64,000 bases of DNA from Amphiscolops sp. MND2022 (Eukaryota), in contig OZ076413.1 of the NCBI GenBank assembly GCA_964187785.1, forward strand, positions 63,736,001-63,800,000, given 5' to 3'. The position numbers and the translations under genes were made by a program. The notes beneath the pieces were generated by a model. That model was not told the origin of the DNA and did no database searches. It saw only the letters and a program-made list of their open reading frames with translations. Of this stretch, positions 1 to 11,497 are shown one piece after another. Positions within the stretch are counted from its first letter, which is position 1, and the number at the start of each line of letters is the position of its first letter.

Positions 1-59
1 ACGGGTTTTAAGGGATTATAATTGCAGTCGTACCCGCTAGGTGTCGTAACTTTCCTAGT

Positions 60-890
60 CGATGATTCAGATAACCTCTATTCGAAATTTTTGGTAAGCA
101 TTGATTCAAGTGACCAATTTGTTCAATTCCCGCTTCAACGAGGCCATAAAAGCGAGATGTCTCGTAGTCGATGAAAATTTGGAAAGAAACACGCGGAAGG
201 CTTTTTAGGTGAGATCAATAATCTGGGAGAACGCTTTTATGGGTGCGGGAAAAGGAGAAAGGCCAGAGGTAGTAATTTAACGGCGGTGTTGAAACAAGTA
301 TTGACATTAAGAGGGATCACTGCGGTGTTATAAATCGATGGCCATTTCACTATGATTTGAGAATGTCGAAATAGAAAGTTGCGACGGGGGATTAAAAAAC
401 AACGTTTTTAGACCGATCAGAAAGTAAATTCGATACACCTAAAAATAGTAACAACTTCGTGTGATTACTTTTTTTGTTGTTGATACCGGAAGTACGGTAA
501 TTATTCACACCTTTACCCGGAAAAAGCGTTAATGGCCAGAAAAATAGGCTAGTTCAAATTGGCTATGATTGTTCGGATCAAAATTGAGAAAGTTATGAAC
601 AAAATGAAATCTTTTGGACTTTTTGATATTTCCTGGGAGTCAACTGGATGTACAATCCATTTCTATTTCAACGTTAAACGTTTGTTCAAACATGCTTCAT
701 TGAAAGAGATTTTCTGCCAAAACACTGCCACAAAAAGTTCAAGGATTAAATTGGCGAATTCTAATCTGGGTGAACAAGCTATTCGAGTTTTGAAGAGGGC
801 GCCAGCAAATACCCGGAAAGGAGGAGTTCAGAACGGTACCAGGGGGCTAGATTTTCCCGCTTTTCCTGTGGCACGCCAATAGCAAATGGG
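60..890 (-). pseudogene. Highly degraded Ty3/Gypsy-like integrase remnant
   Basis: Minus-strand fragments read ...CFNTAVKLL... and GLSPFPAPIKAFSQIIDL, echoing the integrase 'ERFNRTL' and 'GxSPFxLxFGRxxRLPxDL' motifs. The fragments are interrupted by many stops and frameshifts. Confidence 0.3.
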
Positions 891-1553
891 ACCCCGGAAA
901 ATGGGAAATTTGAAATTCGTTTAGCAAACAAAACTGTAGGCGGCCACTTGTGTTCATGTGCAATTCAGTCAACACTGCGATTACCCCGGTCACCGCAACA
1001 AACAAATCATCTTTCAGGTTGCTTCATCGAGTTAGTAAAGAGCAGGAAAGGGTCAAAAACCATTTTTGACTCCATTCTTCAGAATTTTGTATAAGTTATT
1101 AGTAGCCAAAGAAAGTAGGAAACTGGAAGTTGAAGAACTAGTTTTCGTCCCAACTTCAAATTTTGGGAGATTCATCAGATAAATATCGAAGTTTATTTTC
1201 AATATATCGAAGTTAATATTAAATTAATGGGTGTATTTACACCCTAGAAGCTCTATTTGCAGTGGGCAGTCAAACAAATTTACATGGAGAAATTTAATAA
1301 AAGCAGCAATCGAGTTTTTTCCTCGGTGCAACGAAGCATTTATTAGAAGTTGATTTTTAATGACGTCACCACACTGTATGCAGTGATATGGAATTCGCAA
1401 AAACATTCAAAAATTATGGTTTTGCAGTAATTTTATTTTTTACCAAGAAGACAAAAAGAATGATGATGATAATGATCTGCGGAACGAAATTCTTTAAAAA
1501 AAAATCACAACAAGATTCAATTCAAGATAACTTCAGACTTCTTCATACCATTC

Positions 1554-1720
1554 GGTCAGTTAGGCAACTCAGCATCCTAGTACTATAGGCTGCCATGTAG
1601 TACGTCGTGGGTTCGAATCTGACCAAGGCCGAAATTTTTCCATTTATTCATACTGAAGCCTATTGGAAGCTTTAACGTTAAGAAATTGGTTGTGCCGTGT
1701 AATTTGGCTGCACCACGTTC
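1554..1720 (+). mobile_element. Possible tRNA-derived SINE head
   Basis: B-box GGTTCGAATC at 1610-1619. GGTCAG...CTGACC inverted flanks. No full cloverleaf is visible. Confidence 0.3.
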
Positions 1721-4700
1721 ATTTATAGTGTAATATGGATTTTTGGCTTTGACAGAAAATGTTGATCAGGAGAGTCAACTTCAACGTGATCAGTTTTGCT
1801 GATGTTTGTTAAAATGTGATCAGAGAGGTGAAGTTTTTGAACTGTATTTTCTTGATATCTCAGCTGGATATTTTATTCGTTCTTTTTTTAATAAACAGCT
1901 TGGTATGCAATGTTTTGATCTTGGACGCATTTCGGCACTGTGAGACTAACATCGAATGTCGTAAATAAATTCTGCAATTACTTTTTTGTTTCTTTTTCGA
2001 ATGTTTTAATCGAGATAAGTATGGCGTGTACACCAGGGTTGAATAAAAAGTTGAAAAAAGAATCAAAATTGACATATGTGGCGCTGTAACATTGTAACTT
2101 TCTCTCATACTTGGTATTTTCATTTTTGCGCGACGGCATCCTAAGTTTGCATGCTTTTTCTTCGGGTTAACCTTTTCCTTTTATGGCATAGTGAAAACCA
2201 CAAATTATGCTTCGCTTAACATTCTTTACCGCCAACGACAAATAATTTATCAGCTTGTTTGAAGTCCACAGTCTTAGATATGTTAAGTCCCCCAAGAAAC
2301 TTCTAATGACGAGAGAGTCACCCAATCACCTTCAATTACTTGGTTTACTTTGTCTCTACGTGTAAGGAGTACTTTCCGTCATTCTTAGTGCTGTGCGAAT
2401 CTGGTCGCCTGATTGAAATGCAAAAATTATCACGCAAATGCCGCTGATTTGTATGATTTCAGATAAGTTTTTCCAGTTTATTCAGGGGTCACCCTCTGAG
2501 ATGACATTAGGTTTCCGCCGTGACATTGAAGTTATTTGTCCTCATCCAAAGTTGCTACATGCCAAATTATAAGGTTCTAGGGTTTTCTTGAGACGGTTAC
2601 CCTTGCATGGGTCAAAAATACGGTTTCATTCACCTTAGCAATCGATTGCACTCGGCATTTCGGTTCGTTTGAAGTATTACAAGTCAAGGTCAAATGTCTT
2701 TTATCGGTCAAGCCCGCGCGTCCGGTACCGCGTGCCTTAAACAAACCATACTTCGCGCGCCTTGGGCCGATTTTTGTATTTTTATGTATATTACTTAAGG
2801 TTGGTAGGTGAACCTTTTCTAGGGAAAGTTTCATGATCCTCAGGTCATCTGGTGACGATTTACATTATATTCGGGATTTGTTTACATAAGGTCCGTGCTC
2901 CTACTATGCGCGTCGCAGGGCTCCGAAAATATACTCAAATGGCCTGATTTCCTATGTATCATCAATTCCATTTGTTATATGACTTCCTCCGTTTTTGGCG
3001 ACGAGTTCATGGGTAGCCAGGGACTGAGGGTCCTGGCTTGGTTCCGTTTTCATAAATGTGTAGCATAACAGTTCAGGTATACGGTATACATGTGCCAAAT
3101 TTCAGCGGGATCGGTTCGGTAGTTCTCCGGGACATGATGTGTTTTTACATCCTTTGGCTTTCGCACAAAAGAAGAACTTCACTCGGAGGCTTCAATTCTG
3201 TCTTAGTCGATTCGATCAATTTCATCACCAGCGTCAATTCTACTTTATATTCAATTCTACTTTATTAGAAGTATCGTCTAATAAGTAAACACCGAGTCAA
3301 ATGAGCTTCAACAAAACATGCTTTAGTCAGCCTTTCCAGCTGCTTTTACTAATGCGACGGTTTAAAAAAGTGATAAACATAGTTCTGTCTACCGACTGGG
3401 CATTGCGTTGTCATTTTGTAAAGACGCCAAAAACATAAAAATTCCATTCCACACTATCATTATGAAGATTTTTTTCAGTAGTTTGTTATCGAAAATGTAA
3501 GGAAAAGGTAGGGTGTCAGCATTGTTTCCATGTTTTAGGCCATAGATCTTACCTTCAAGCTTATTTGTATAGCTAAGGATCCTAGAGGGCAATTTTAAAA
3601 ATAGGTTTTCCTTCGCTCACCTTTTTAACTTTTACATGACGTAATTAAGGAAAAATATCATTTTGCCTAACCATACGTTCTGTCAAAAAACAATTATACA
3701 GATGAAAATGAGTTTTTTCGACTTTCTCATCTTTTTTCTTACAAATAGTACTTCCTATAATCTTGCTACACTGTAAAAAAATTGTGTTGAGTGACTTTTT
3801 AAACCATTTTCAGAAACTACACAGGGATAAAGACTCAGGAAAGTATCACTTAGTCAAACCAGATTCGATAATTTTTCAGAACGGGGACAATTACTTTTCC
3901 AATTTTTCATTTAAAGTTGGGGTATACTCTTTTGAGACTGTTCGTGTGTGTCAAAGCGAATTAAACAGGTTTCATTCAAAGATTTTACATGTGATTCTGA
4001 TAAAATTTCACCAAGTTCCACTTCAACTAGGTCTGAAAGCTTGAGTTTTTTCAACTGATTAAAAAAAACTAACCACTGAATGCAGAGATGAATGCCAAAT
4101 GGATGCTGTCAGAAATTGGTAAAAGTCTGACTCAAATCAAACTTTAATCAAATTGGCTGAACCGAAATGGAATGAAGTATGAAATCCGGAGAACGGGTTT
4201 ATAAATATAGATTGCGATTGAAAAGACAATATACTTTCTTTACGCGTACACTCAAACACGCTGTTTGAATCAGTACAAGAAGTGTGCCAGTAAATGTGAA
4301 CTAATTTTGGCTGCTTTTTCTAACTGAACTTCCAACATATAAACAGCTACCGGATACATTCATTTGTGCCGTTTTGGAAAAGCAGACAAATCGATACATT
4401 CTATCAGCGTAATGAAATTACAATAATCAAAATATCATAATTTTCTATATTGGTAATAATTATATTTCGAGTGGATCTTCACTGTTATTTGATAAAGTGT
4501 GACGTAATTGGGAGAGTTGCGAAACATAATCAGTGGTTGGGCAGCGATGTGAATATTTCAGCTCGAGATTAAAAGTTTCGACATTCAAAGGGAAGAAGTT
4601 TGGGGGCGGGGTACATTGGGTGAAATTGTTTGCGTTTGGAAACGGAAGACCTTGAAAAACAAACTGGGGGAGAGCTTTTCCCGTCAATTTTCCTGGTATA

Positions 4701-6039
4701 CCTGTCTAGCCTAGGGTGACTGCTTTATTTTTGATCACAGGTACTTACAAAGAAGGGAAAAGGTACAGCAGGAATTAAGTATTAAGTGGACAGAGATGGC
4801 CCCACCGGAAGCCTATATATGTTGATAGGTTGTGGGGTGTTTAAGTGACTCGGGAAGTGGGGGGGGGAGGTTGGGATAAGGGGGTGGCGTTTGAAGGACC
4901 TAAGGGGGTTCTTTATTAGTTAGGAGAACATGGGAACACCTCTCGACTGCAGCAATCCAGAAATATCCTAATAATAGCAGCCAGCGACGCGTATCATTAA
5001 ACGTCTTCTGCTTCTGTTGGGAGCTGACAACAATAAAACAAGGCTGTCCAATGCCTTGGTTGATCACGCGTAGCGAGTAGGGGCATGTCCTTTAATAAAA
5101 TTATCCTACTGGATTATGCCCGCGTCAAATCCTATATCAATTGTCAAGATCCACCGCCCACTGTTTGGTTGTCAGTCAGTTACACTGTAGGGTTTTAGAT
5201 AGAAACACGTAACTAGATTATATTATAGTAATGATAATAACACAGTCAAGTTGCTTGTAAAGAATTGACCAATTGAGTTTATCAATGTCACGAAATGAAA
5301 CGATCTTCACAGCAGGAATCTACAAAATGACCAGCAAAATGTTTCCGTCCAAAGTTGCGGGATTGTTCAAGTTGTAAATGAACGCCCCACCTTCGCAGTA
5401 ATGAGTATAACGTGGAAGGAAGTTTATAAATATTTTCATTAACTGAAACATTTCAAGATCAATGTTAACGTCAAAAGCTAATCTTTCATGTCCGTTCGAC
5501 CAGTCAACTCGAATCAAGTGTCGATAGCTTATCAAATAGGAACAGTTACTGCATGCACCTGTTTGGAAGACAACACCGCATGTTTATAAGATACAGTTAT
5601 GCACCCTAGTTCAATGAGCTCAAAAAATAAATATGCTTTTACATGTTGCAAAGGAAATTTATCAAGTCTTTGGAAGCTACTTAGTGAAGTTTTCATGCTG
5701 AAAGTGTTCACGCTTCGTCATCAATATAACGTAAGCAAATAGCCTGTGTAAACAGTTACCACGTAAACAAATACCACGTGTGACAAACAATTCGTAAAAC
5801 TGGAGATTTTTTTGCTCACAAGTTGTCGAAAAACGCAAAATTTTTCACTTCCCGGGTTTGGAAAAATGGAAAGATGTTGGTTGGAACGCGTGGTGACTAA
5901 ATTGAATGAATTGAATTATTTGCATATGCTATATGAGCAAATTGACCATTCCGAAATGTCGTGCATCACAGTACAAGTCTGAGCATGAAACAAGATCTTT
6001 TCAATTAGCTACCTTACTTTAATTCTCCCGCTACTCGAG

Positions 6040-6660
6040 ACTGCTGCAACTTTTCACTTGCTGCAGGCCTGCATGCAGGGTAATTTCTTTAAGAAAACCT
6101 GGAAAATTCAGTAAACTTCCGTTGGTAAAATTTGAAAAATTACACTGCAATTTTGACTATTGAGATTTCAATCGAAAATATTTCTCATTGAGTTACCGAT
6201 ACGATTACGTTGGTTCCATACATTAATTTAAATGCTCCTTACTACTCATCTGTTGTAATCACCGTTTCTCAAATAACATGATATATTTGACGCTAGTTCG
6301 GTGTTTACATTGTGAATGCAGTCAATTTGCGTTAAGTTGGAAGTGAAATCGATAGCATTTTAGATCTATTTCGAAAATGAAACTTATTCCCACTGAAAAC
6401 AGCAACACTTCAAGCATTGAAACTGTCGCCAAATTACCAAATTTAGGAAGCTTCTTTCAAGTGGCTTGATAAAAGTTAAATAGAACAGGGAAATATTTTT
6501 GGATGAAAGTTTTCGTAAGACTTTTTAAAAATCATAATAAAGGTTGGTAACAACTTCAAAAACCATGCAAAAAGTTCGAGCAATTTCAACAGGGGCCCTT
6601 TTAAATAGTTGGTCTGCGGAATTGTTTCATGCTCTTTCCTTGCCCAAGCTCGCCATGGGT
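6040..6660 (+). repeat. Interspersed repeat family B, copy 1
   Basis: Shares blocks (e.g. GCTGCAGGCCTGCA...GAAAATTCAGT...AATTACACTG; TAAGA..TTTT.AAAATCATAATAAA...AAAAGTTC.AGCAA) with 34540-34950 (inverted) and with 39300-39615 + 45427-45700. Confidence 0.6.
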
Positions 6661-6798
6661 AGAAAGTACCCGAGAAAAGCGCCGACTTAGAAAAGCAGAA
6701 TCGAATGTTTATTCGGTTCTATATAAAATGATATAAACATAACTTTTAATAGGCTTCCGACGAACTTTTAACGAACCTAATTCCCGACGATAAAATTT

Positions 6799-6886
6799 CC
6801 GACGACGAAACTTCCGACAACAAAAATTTTGGAAATCGTTAACCGACGACGAAACTTCCGATAACAAAAATTTTGGAAATCGTTAA
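6799..6886. repeat. 44-bp direct tandem duplication (2 copies)
   Basis: CCGACGACGAAACTTCCGA(C/T)AACAAAAATTTTGGAAATCGTTAA at 6799-6842 and 6843-6886. Confidence 0.9.
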
Positions 6887-6888
6887 TA

Positions 6889-7595
6889 ATGCGTGTACCA
6901 TCACATAATATCAAATCGAATTTTTTAAAATCGATTTTTTGCATAAATCTCAATCAACTTAAACTGATTTCCATTATCCTTTTTCCAATTTACCACTTTT
7001 TTATCAAACAGATACACGCTAGTTATGAGTATTCTTTACTAATTGAAAGATGAAATTCCATTATTACAAGAAACGGAAACTTATACCAGAATTTCCGAAA
7101 CGCTGAGAACCCGATAAGGAGAGCAACGTGATTAATGTGTGTACCATCGTTCAAATTGAAATCTAATATTTCAAAATCAGTAATCACAATTGAGGCGCGC
7201 GCATTTGTGCGAATGAATGATGCTATTGCATTGTTCAGCGCCGCTCATTGGTTGGATTTCATTACGTCATTGATCAAATTGTCAGTAACACTTTTTTCTT
7301 CCTTTTCTGCAGAACTTTCAAACATAAATTTTTAACTGATGCTTCCGAGAAACCACGTTGCTCTCCATATCGGGTTCTCAGCGTTTCGGAAATTCTGGTA
7401 TAAGTTTCCGTTTCTTGTAATAATGGAATTTCATCTTTCAATTTGTAAAAATACTCATAACTAGCGTGTAACTGTTTGATAAAAAAGTGATAAATTGGAA
7501 ACAAAGATAATGGAAATCAGTTTAAGTTGATTGAGATTTATGCAAAAAATCGATTTTAAAAAAATCGATTTTATATTATCTGATGGTACACGCAT
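6889..7595. mobile_element. Foldback/MITE-like element with ~240-bp inverted arms, TA-flanked
   Basis: 6889-~7130 is the near-perfect reverse complement of ~7353-7595. The ends ATGCGTGTACCATC / GATGGTACACGCAT are flanked by TA at 6887-6888 and 7596-7597. Confidence 0.8.
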
Positions 7596-8865
7596 TATCG
7601 TTTACCAATGTTTCACCACAACACAATTTTCAGCATTTTGGTCATAAGTTCAATTTCAAAAACCTGTTTTCAGTGAACATATTTTGAATTTCATGAAATT
7701 TTTTCATAGAAGTAAGTTTTTTATAGATTATTCATAGCAGTAGGAAAGGAAAAAGGAAAATTTATTTGAGAGGATATACAATAGTATAAGTTTACAAGAG
7801 TTTATTTAACTTACAAATATTTCATTCAATCAGGACAGAAAATATAGCAGTCGAACTTTATTCAAAATCTTTTCTCTGAAATTTGAGGTGTCTTAACCAA
7901 TTTACCGGTTTTTCAAGATTTAGTCGGTTAAGCAAAAACCCTAACTTATTCAGACTCTAACGCTCAATGAATGGAAGCATTTGCACTTTGGTAAACTGAA
8001 GTAAAATGGTTGAATTTGAGAAATTAGTGGGCAACAACTGAACAACCGCTAGAATTAGCGTTTAATTGGGCCAGTAAAAGGATAATTGCTGTGGTAAATG
8101 AGGACAGCTATGACACGTGACCTTTTTCCACAGGCGCCACTGGGAGCGACTTCAAAGGACAATAAACGACAAATGCCCCCAATTGCAAAAGTGGAACTTT
8201 CAGAGTCAGAATTTATTTTCAGCGCCACAATAAAAGTTCTGACCGACTATGTTTGTATAACAAGTGCACGTCACATGCAAAAAACAAGGTGACACAATTG
8301 TTCAGAAGTCGGAGACTTTTACAGAGACCCAAGTTTTGAAGTTTAAAAGCCTTTTAACGAATGCGTCGGAAATTTTGACAGGTAAAAAATTCTGCGTTCA
8401 AAATCTACTGTAGCCCAAAAATCAGCACGGCGAGAATCCAAAAAACGTTTCAAGTGACTATCTGTAAAAAGCATTTTTTTAATCTCGTTTGAACAGTTTC
8501 TTGTAAGACATGACTGGTTGTTTAAAACAACAGGATGTTTCCAATGGGCTGATTGAAGTCTAAAATGTTAAATATATGAAACAGTGGTTTTAGATTTTTA
8601 AAATACCTTTATGTTGGTTTAGAAAAGAAAGAGTATTCTTCCCACGTTGAAAGTCGCTACTAGTTTCCGGCGTTTCATCCATGATTATAGCTTTTTTGTG
8701 GTGTTACTTCCGGTTTCATTGATAATCTTGGATAATTGCTAATCAAATTCGATACAATGATAGGGGATTTTCTTTACATTCAGATCATGGATGATCATTA
8801 TGATCATGGCTATGATGGAAACCAATTATTAGGCCATGAAAAACATGACAGAAATTACATTTCTA

Positions 8866-11497
8866 CCCGGGTTGATCATCCGTGGAAATCTTAGTAAGAT
8901 ATTGGCAAGATCTTGGACCAATCTTGGCTAAGATCTTGACAAGATAGTGCCATGGTATTCAATTTGCCATTGTAAGATCTTGTCAAAAGACCCAAATTTT
9001 TCCAAGAAAATTTTTTTTCTAGAATCCTATTTGGCAAGGAAAAATCACAAAGGAAGTCGAACAAAATCAACATCTATCCAGATTTACACTGTAAGACTTG
9101 ACGCCTTTCTGTTACCAAGGTATAAAATTCGATTGAAGGATCAATATGCTATTTAGGGAGGCACTGATAAAATAGTTCTATCAATTGCAAAACCGTCGCC
9201 ATCAACGGTGTCGGAAAAGCCTCGAGCTGAATCATTACTCAAACCGGGGCAATGACAGCTGTTTTCTGCAGTAATAGGGCTGCTGAAACAAGCTCAAATG
9301 AAGCTGGAGACATGAATTACCAGAATGACAACCCGATTTCTTAGGGTTCCCTGAGTAACTTTCCGATAGTGGCTTTGAATGTTTAAGAGCATTTCGCCGT
9401 CTATGGAATCGACAGGAGTGATAAATTACAAGTTTTGAAAAGCCCTTGAAATGAGTGTTCTTTTGGTACATTCACATTTCCTAGTCTTAAACAGTAGGAG
9501 TTACTAGGATTCTCGTCAGAATTTCGGAAGCCAGAATACGTTATCGTAATTTTTCGCACAATTTTGCATGTATCGCAACCCTACTATTGCGCTGGACCCG
9601 TGGAGCAACAACTATGAGAACAGAACAGCACGAAGAAAGGAAATGTCCGCACATTCTAAACTTCCTTAACTGCATGAGTAAACAGTTTGATGTCATGTAT
9701 TTTCTATAAATTATTTGGATGGTTGTGAAGGCCATTGACCGATTGTACACTGTTTTATTCCATTCACAACTTACATGAAGCCATAAAAGTCGCTATTTGT
9801 AGTTCTAAGTAGTTCTAAGATACCACTTTGTGTTATGCGTCATACTTCGTGTAGTATTACAATGAGATTACGTGCGAATGCGTTTCTCAATGTGAACATT
9901 ATGCTGTATCATACGTACAATAATACTACGAGTATGCGTCAAAATACATTTTCATGACCACCAACCGTACGTAATCCTACGCATCTGTGCTTTCAGTGTA
10001 TACTTCATCATGCGTTATGGAGTGATTTGTACACTGTGTGTTGTATTTTGTGCAATTATACTATAACATGCGGTTTCGAAGTAGTGATTATACGTGAACA
10101 TGCATTTTTGTTTATACGTCGGTATACGTGTTACTAATAACCGTATATGCGGTAGAATGCATTTTTGCTCTCAAACGCGCGTAATTGCGCATATACTGAC
10201 ATGTGCATCATTTGGCATTTTTCTTAACACTAAACATTCGTTAATATGCGTATGAGAGTATGATGCTTATGCGTAAAGGTGCATTTTCATTGAAAACCCT
10301 AGATTTTGCTATTTTGAACGTCATGTAACCTCGAGTTTGTACGCCTAAAAAGTTTTTACGTCATCGGACGCACTTCTATTTCTATCAAAATGAAGATGAT
10401 GTGCTAAAATGGAGTGTCATTTTAAATGTTTTTTATAGCGTAAAAAAGTGCGATAGTTAAGAAACACAACAAAATTACTTCTCAACGAACGCAGTTGCTA
10501 AATCTCTTCCCCAACTTTGTGACAATTTCTTTGATTCATTTCTTGTTTGCTTCCTTGAGTTGATTTAAAGTAAGACTTTGAATAACTTCAAATACTTCCC
10601 CAATAACCAGATTACCATTTTCACTTGAGCACAATGGGAAACTAGAAACAGGAGATCCAGGAGATTGAGAACTTTATCTCCTGATGGAGACCTGGATGAA
10701 ACGCAATTAGGGACTTCCACTCAAGGTAATGATACCCTAATAAAGATTGAGTCTAACCCGCAAAAAACTTCAAATAATAACGATATTAGAACTCAGTTGA
10801 TAGAACCTAGTCAAATAAGCAATGAGATCCAAGCCTGGACTGAAAACTTTGAACAGAAGAACAATGATAGGATCATAAAAATGAGAGAAGAAATGGAAAA
10901 CAAACTAGATGCCATTTTGAGAGAGATAAAGTCTAACAAAAGCGCATCAATGGCAACAAACCCGAGTTCTGAAAAAAACGATACTCGAAATATGCAACCA
11001 TCGGGGTCCAAGACAGATCGGGCTAATGGAGTACACGCATCTTTTGACGAAAATTCAGATCCAGATGATGAGGATTATCCTCCCCAGGCTTCTGAAATGA
11101 GAGACCCTAGGCACCCAGCTAAACCCTCTAATAAAAGTGACTCTGATTTGAATGGAACAATAGTATCTGAGGAAGACTCAGAGGGAGAGGATTATCACAG
11201 CATGCCAATTTGTTTCAGCAGGTTGAAGCATTTTGATAAAGAAAACGAGTAGAAATAGGCGTTGTTGTGTGAAATGAGCCTTTAGATTGAGTGTCGGCTG
11301 CTTGTACCGAAGGTATAGTGTTTTTATAATCTTAGAAATTTGTCCATTGTGATAAGATACAATCTTGGAATAATGTATTATCTTAGTGAGATCTTAATAA
11401 GAATCTTGCCATGGGATCCATGGTTGCCAAGATGTAGTAAGAATTTAGTACCATCTTGCCAAGACAGCCAAGATGCTAGTAAGAGGGTCAACCCGGG
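8866..11497. mobile_element. Putative TA-flanked TIR element (CCCGGGTTGA...TCAACCCGGG) with subterminal AAGATCTT/AAGAATCTT arrays
   Basis: TA-CCCGGGTTGA at 8864-8875 and TCAACCCGGG-TA at 11488-11499. CAAGATCTTG-like motifs cluster inside both ends (8890-9000, 11350-11480). A similar end occurs at ~38190-38290. Confidence 0.5.
10634..11252 (+). pseudogene. Decayed ORF (195-aa open stretch) with coiled-coil and acidic C-terminus; probable retrotransposon 5' ORF fragment
   Basis: Open frame 10665-11252 contains a heptad-like segment (KMREEMENKLDAILREIK). The upstream ATG at 10634 is out of frame. No catalytic motif is recognised. Confidence 0.35.

Noticed and set aside
1554-1640. tRNA gene
   Set aside because: A B box is present but there is no cloverleaf or anticodon arm; treated as SINE-like.
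2560-3290. Possible Helitron/DINE-like element (GTGCCAAATTTCAGCGGGATCGG block)
   Set aside because: Termini could not be defined and there is no second copy in the window.
5320-5535. Protein-like 71-aa minus-strand ORF, a possible host exon
   Set aside because: No convincing splice sites or partner exons, and no recognisable domain.
9140-9480. Minus-strand frame with a hydrophobic stretch and Cys motif, a possible exon
   Set aside because: It has an in-frame stop and no family could be assigned.
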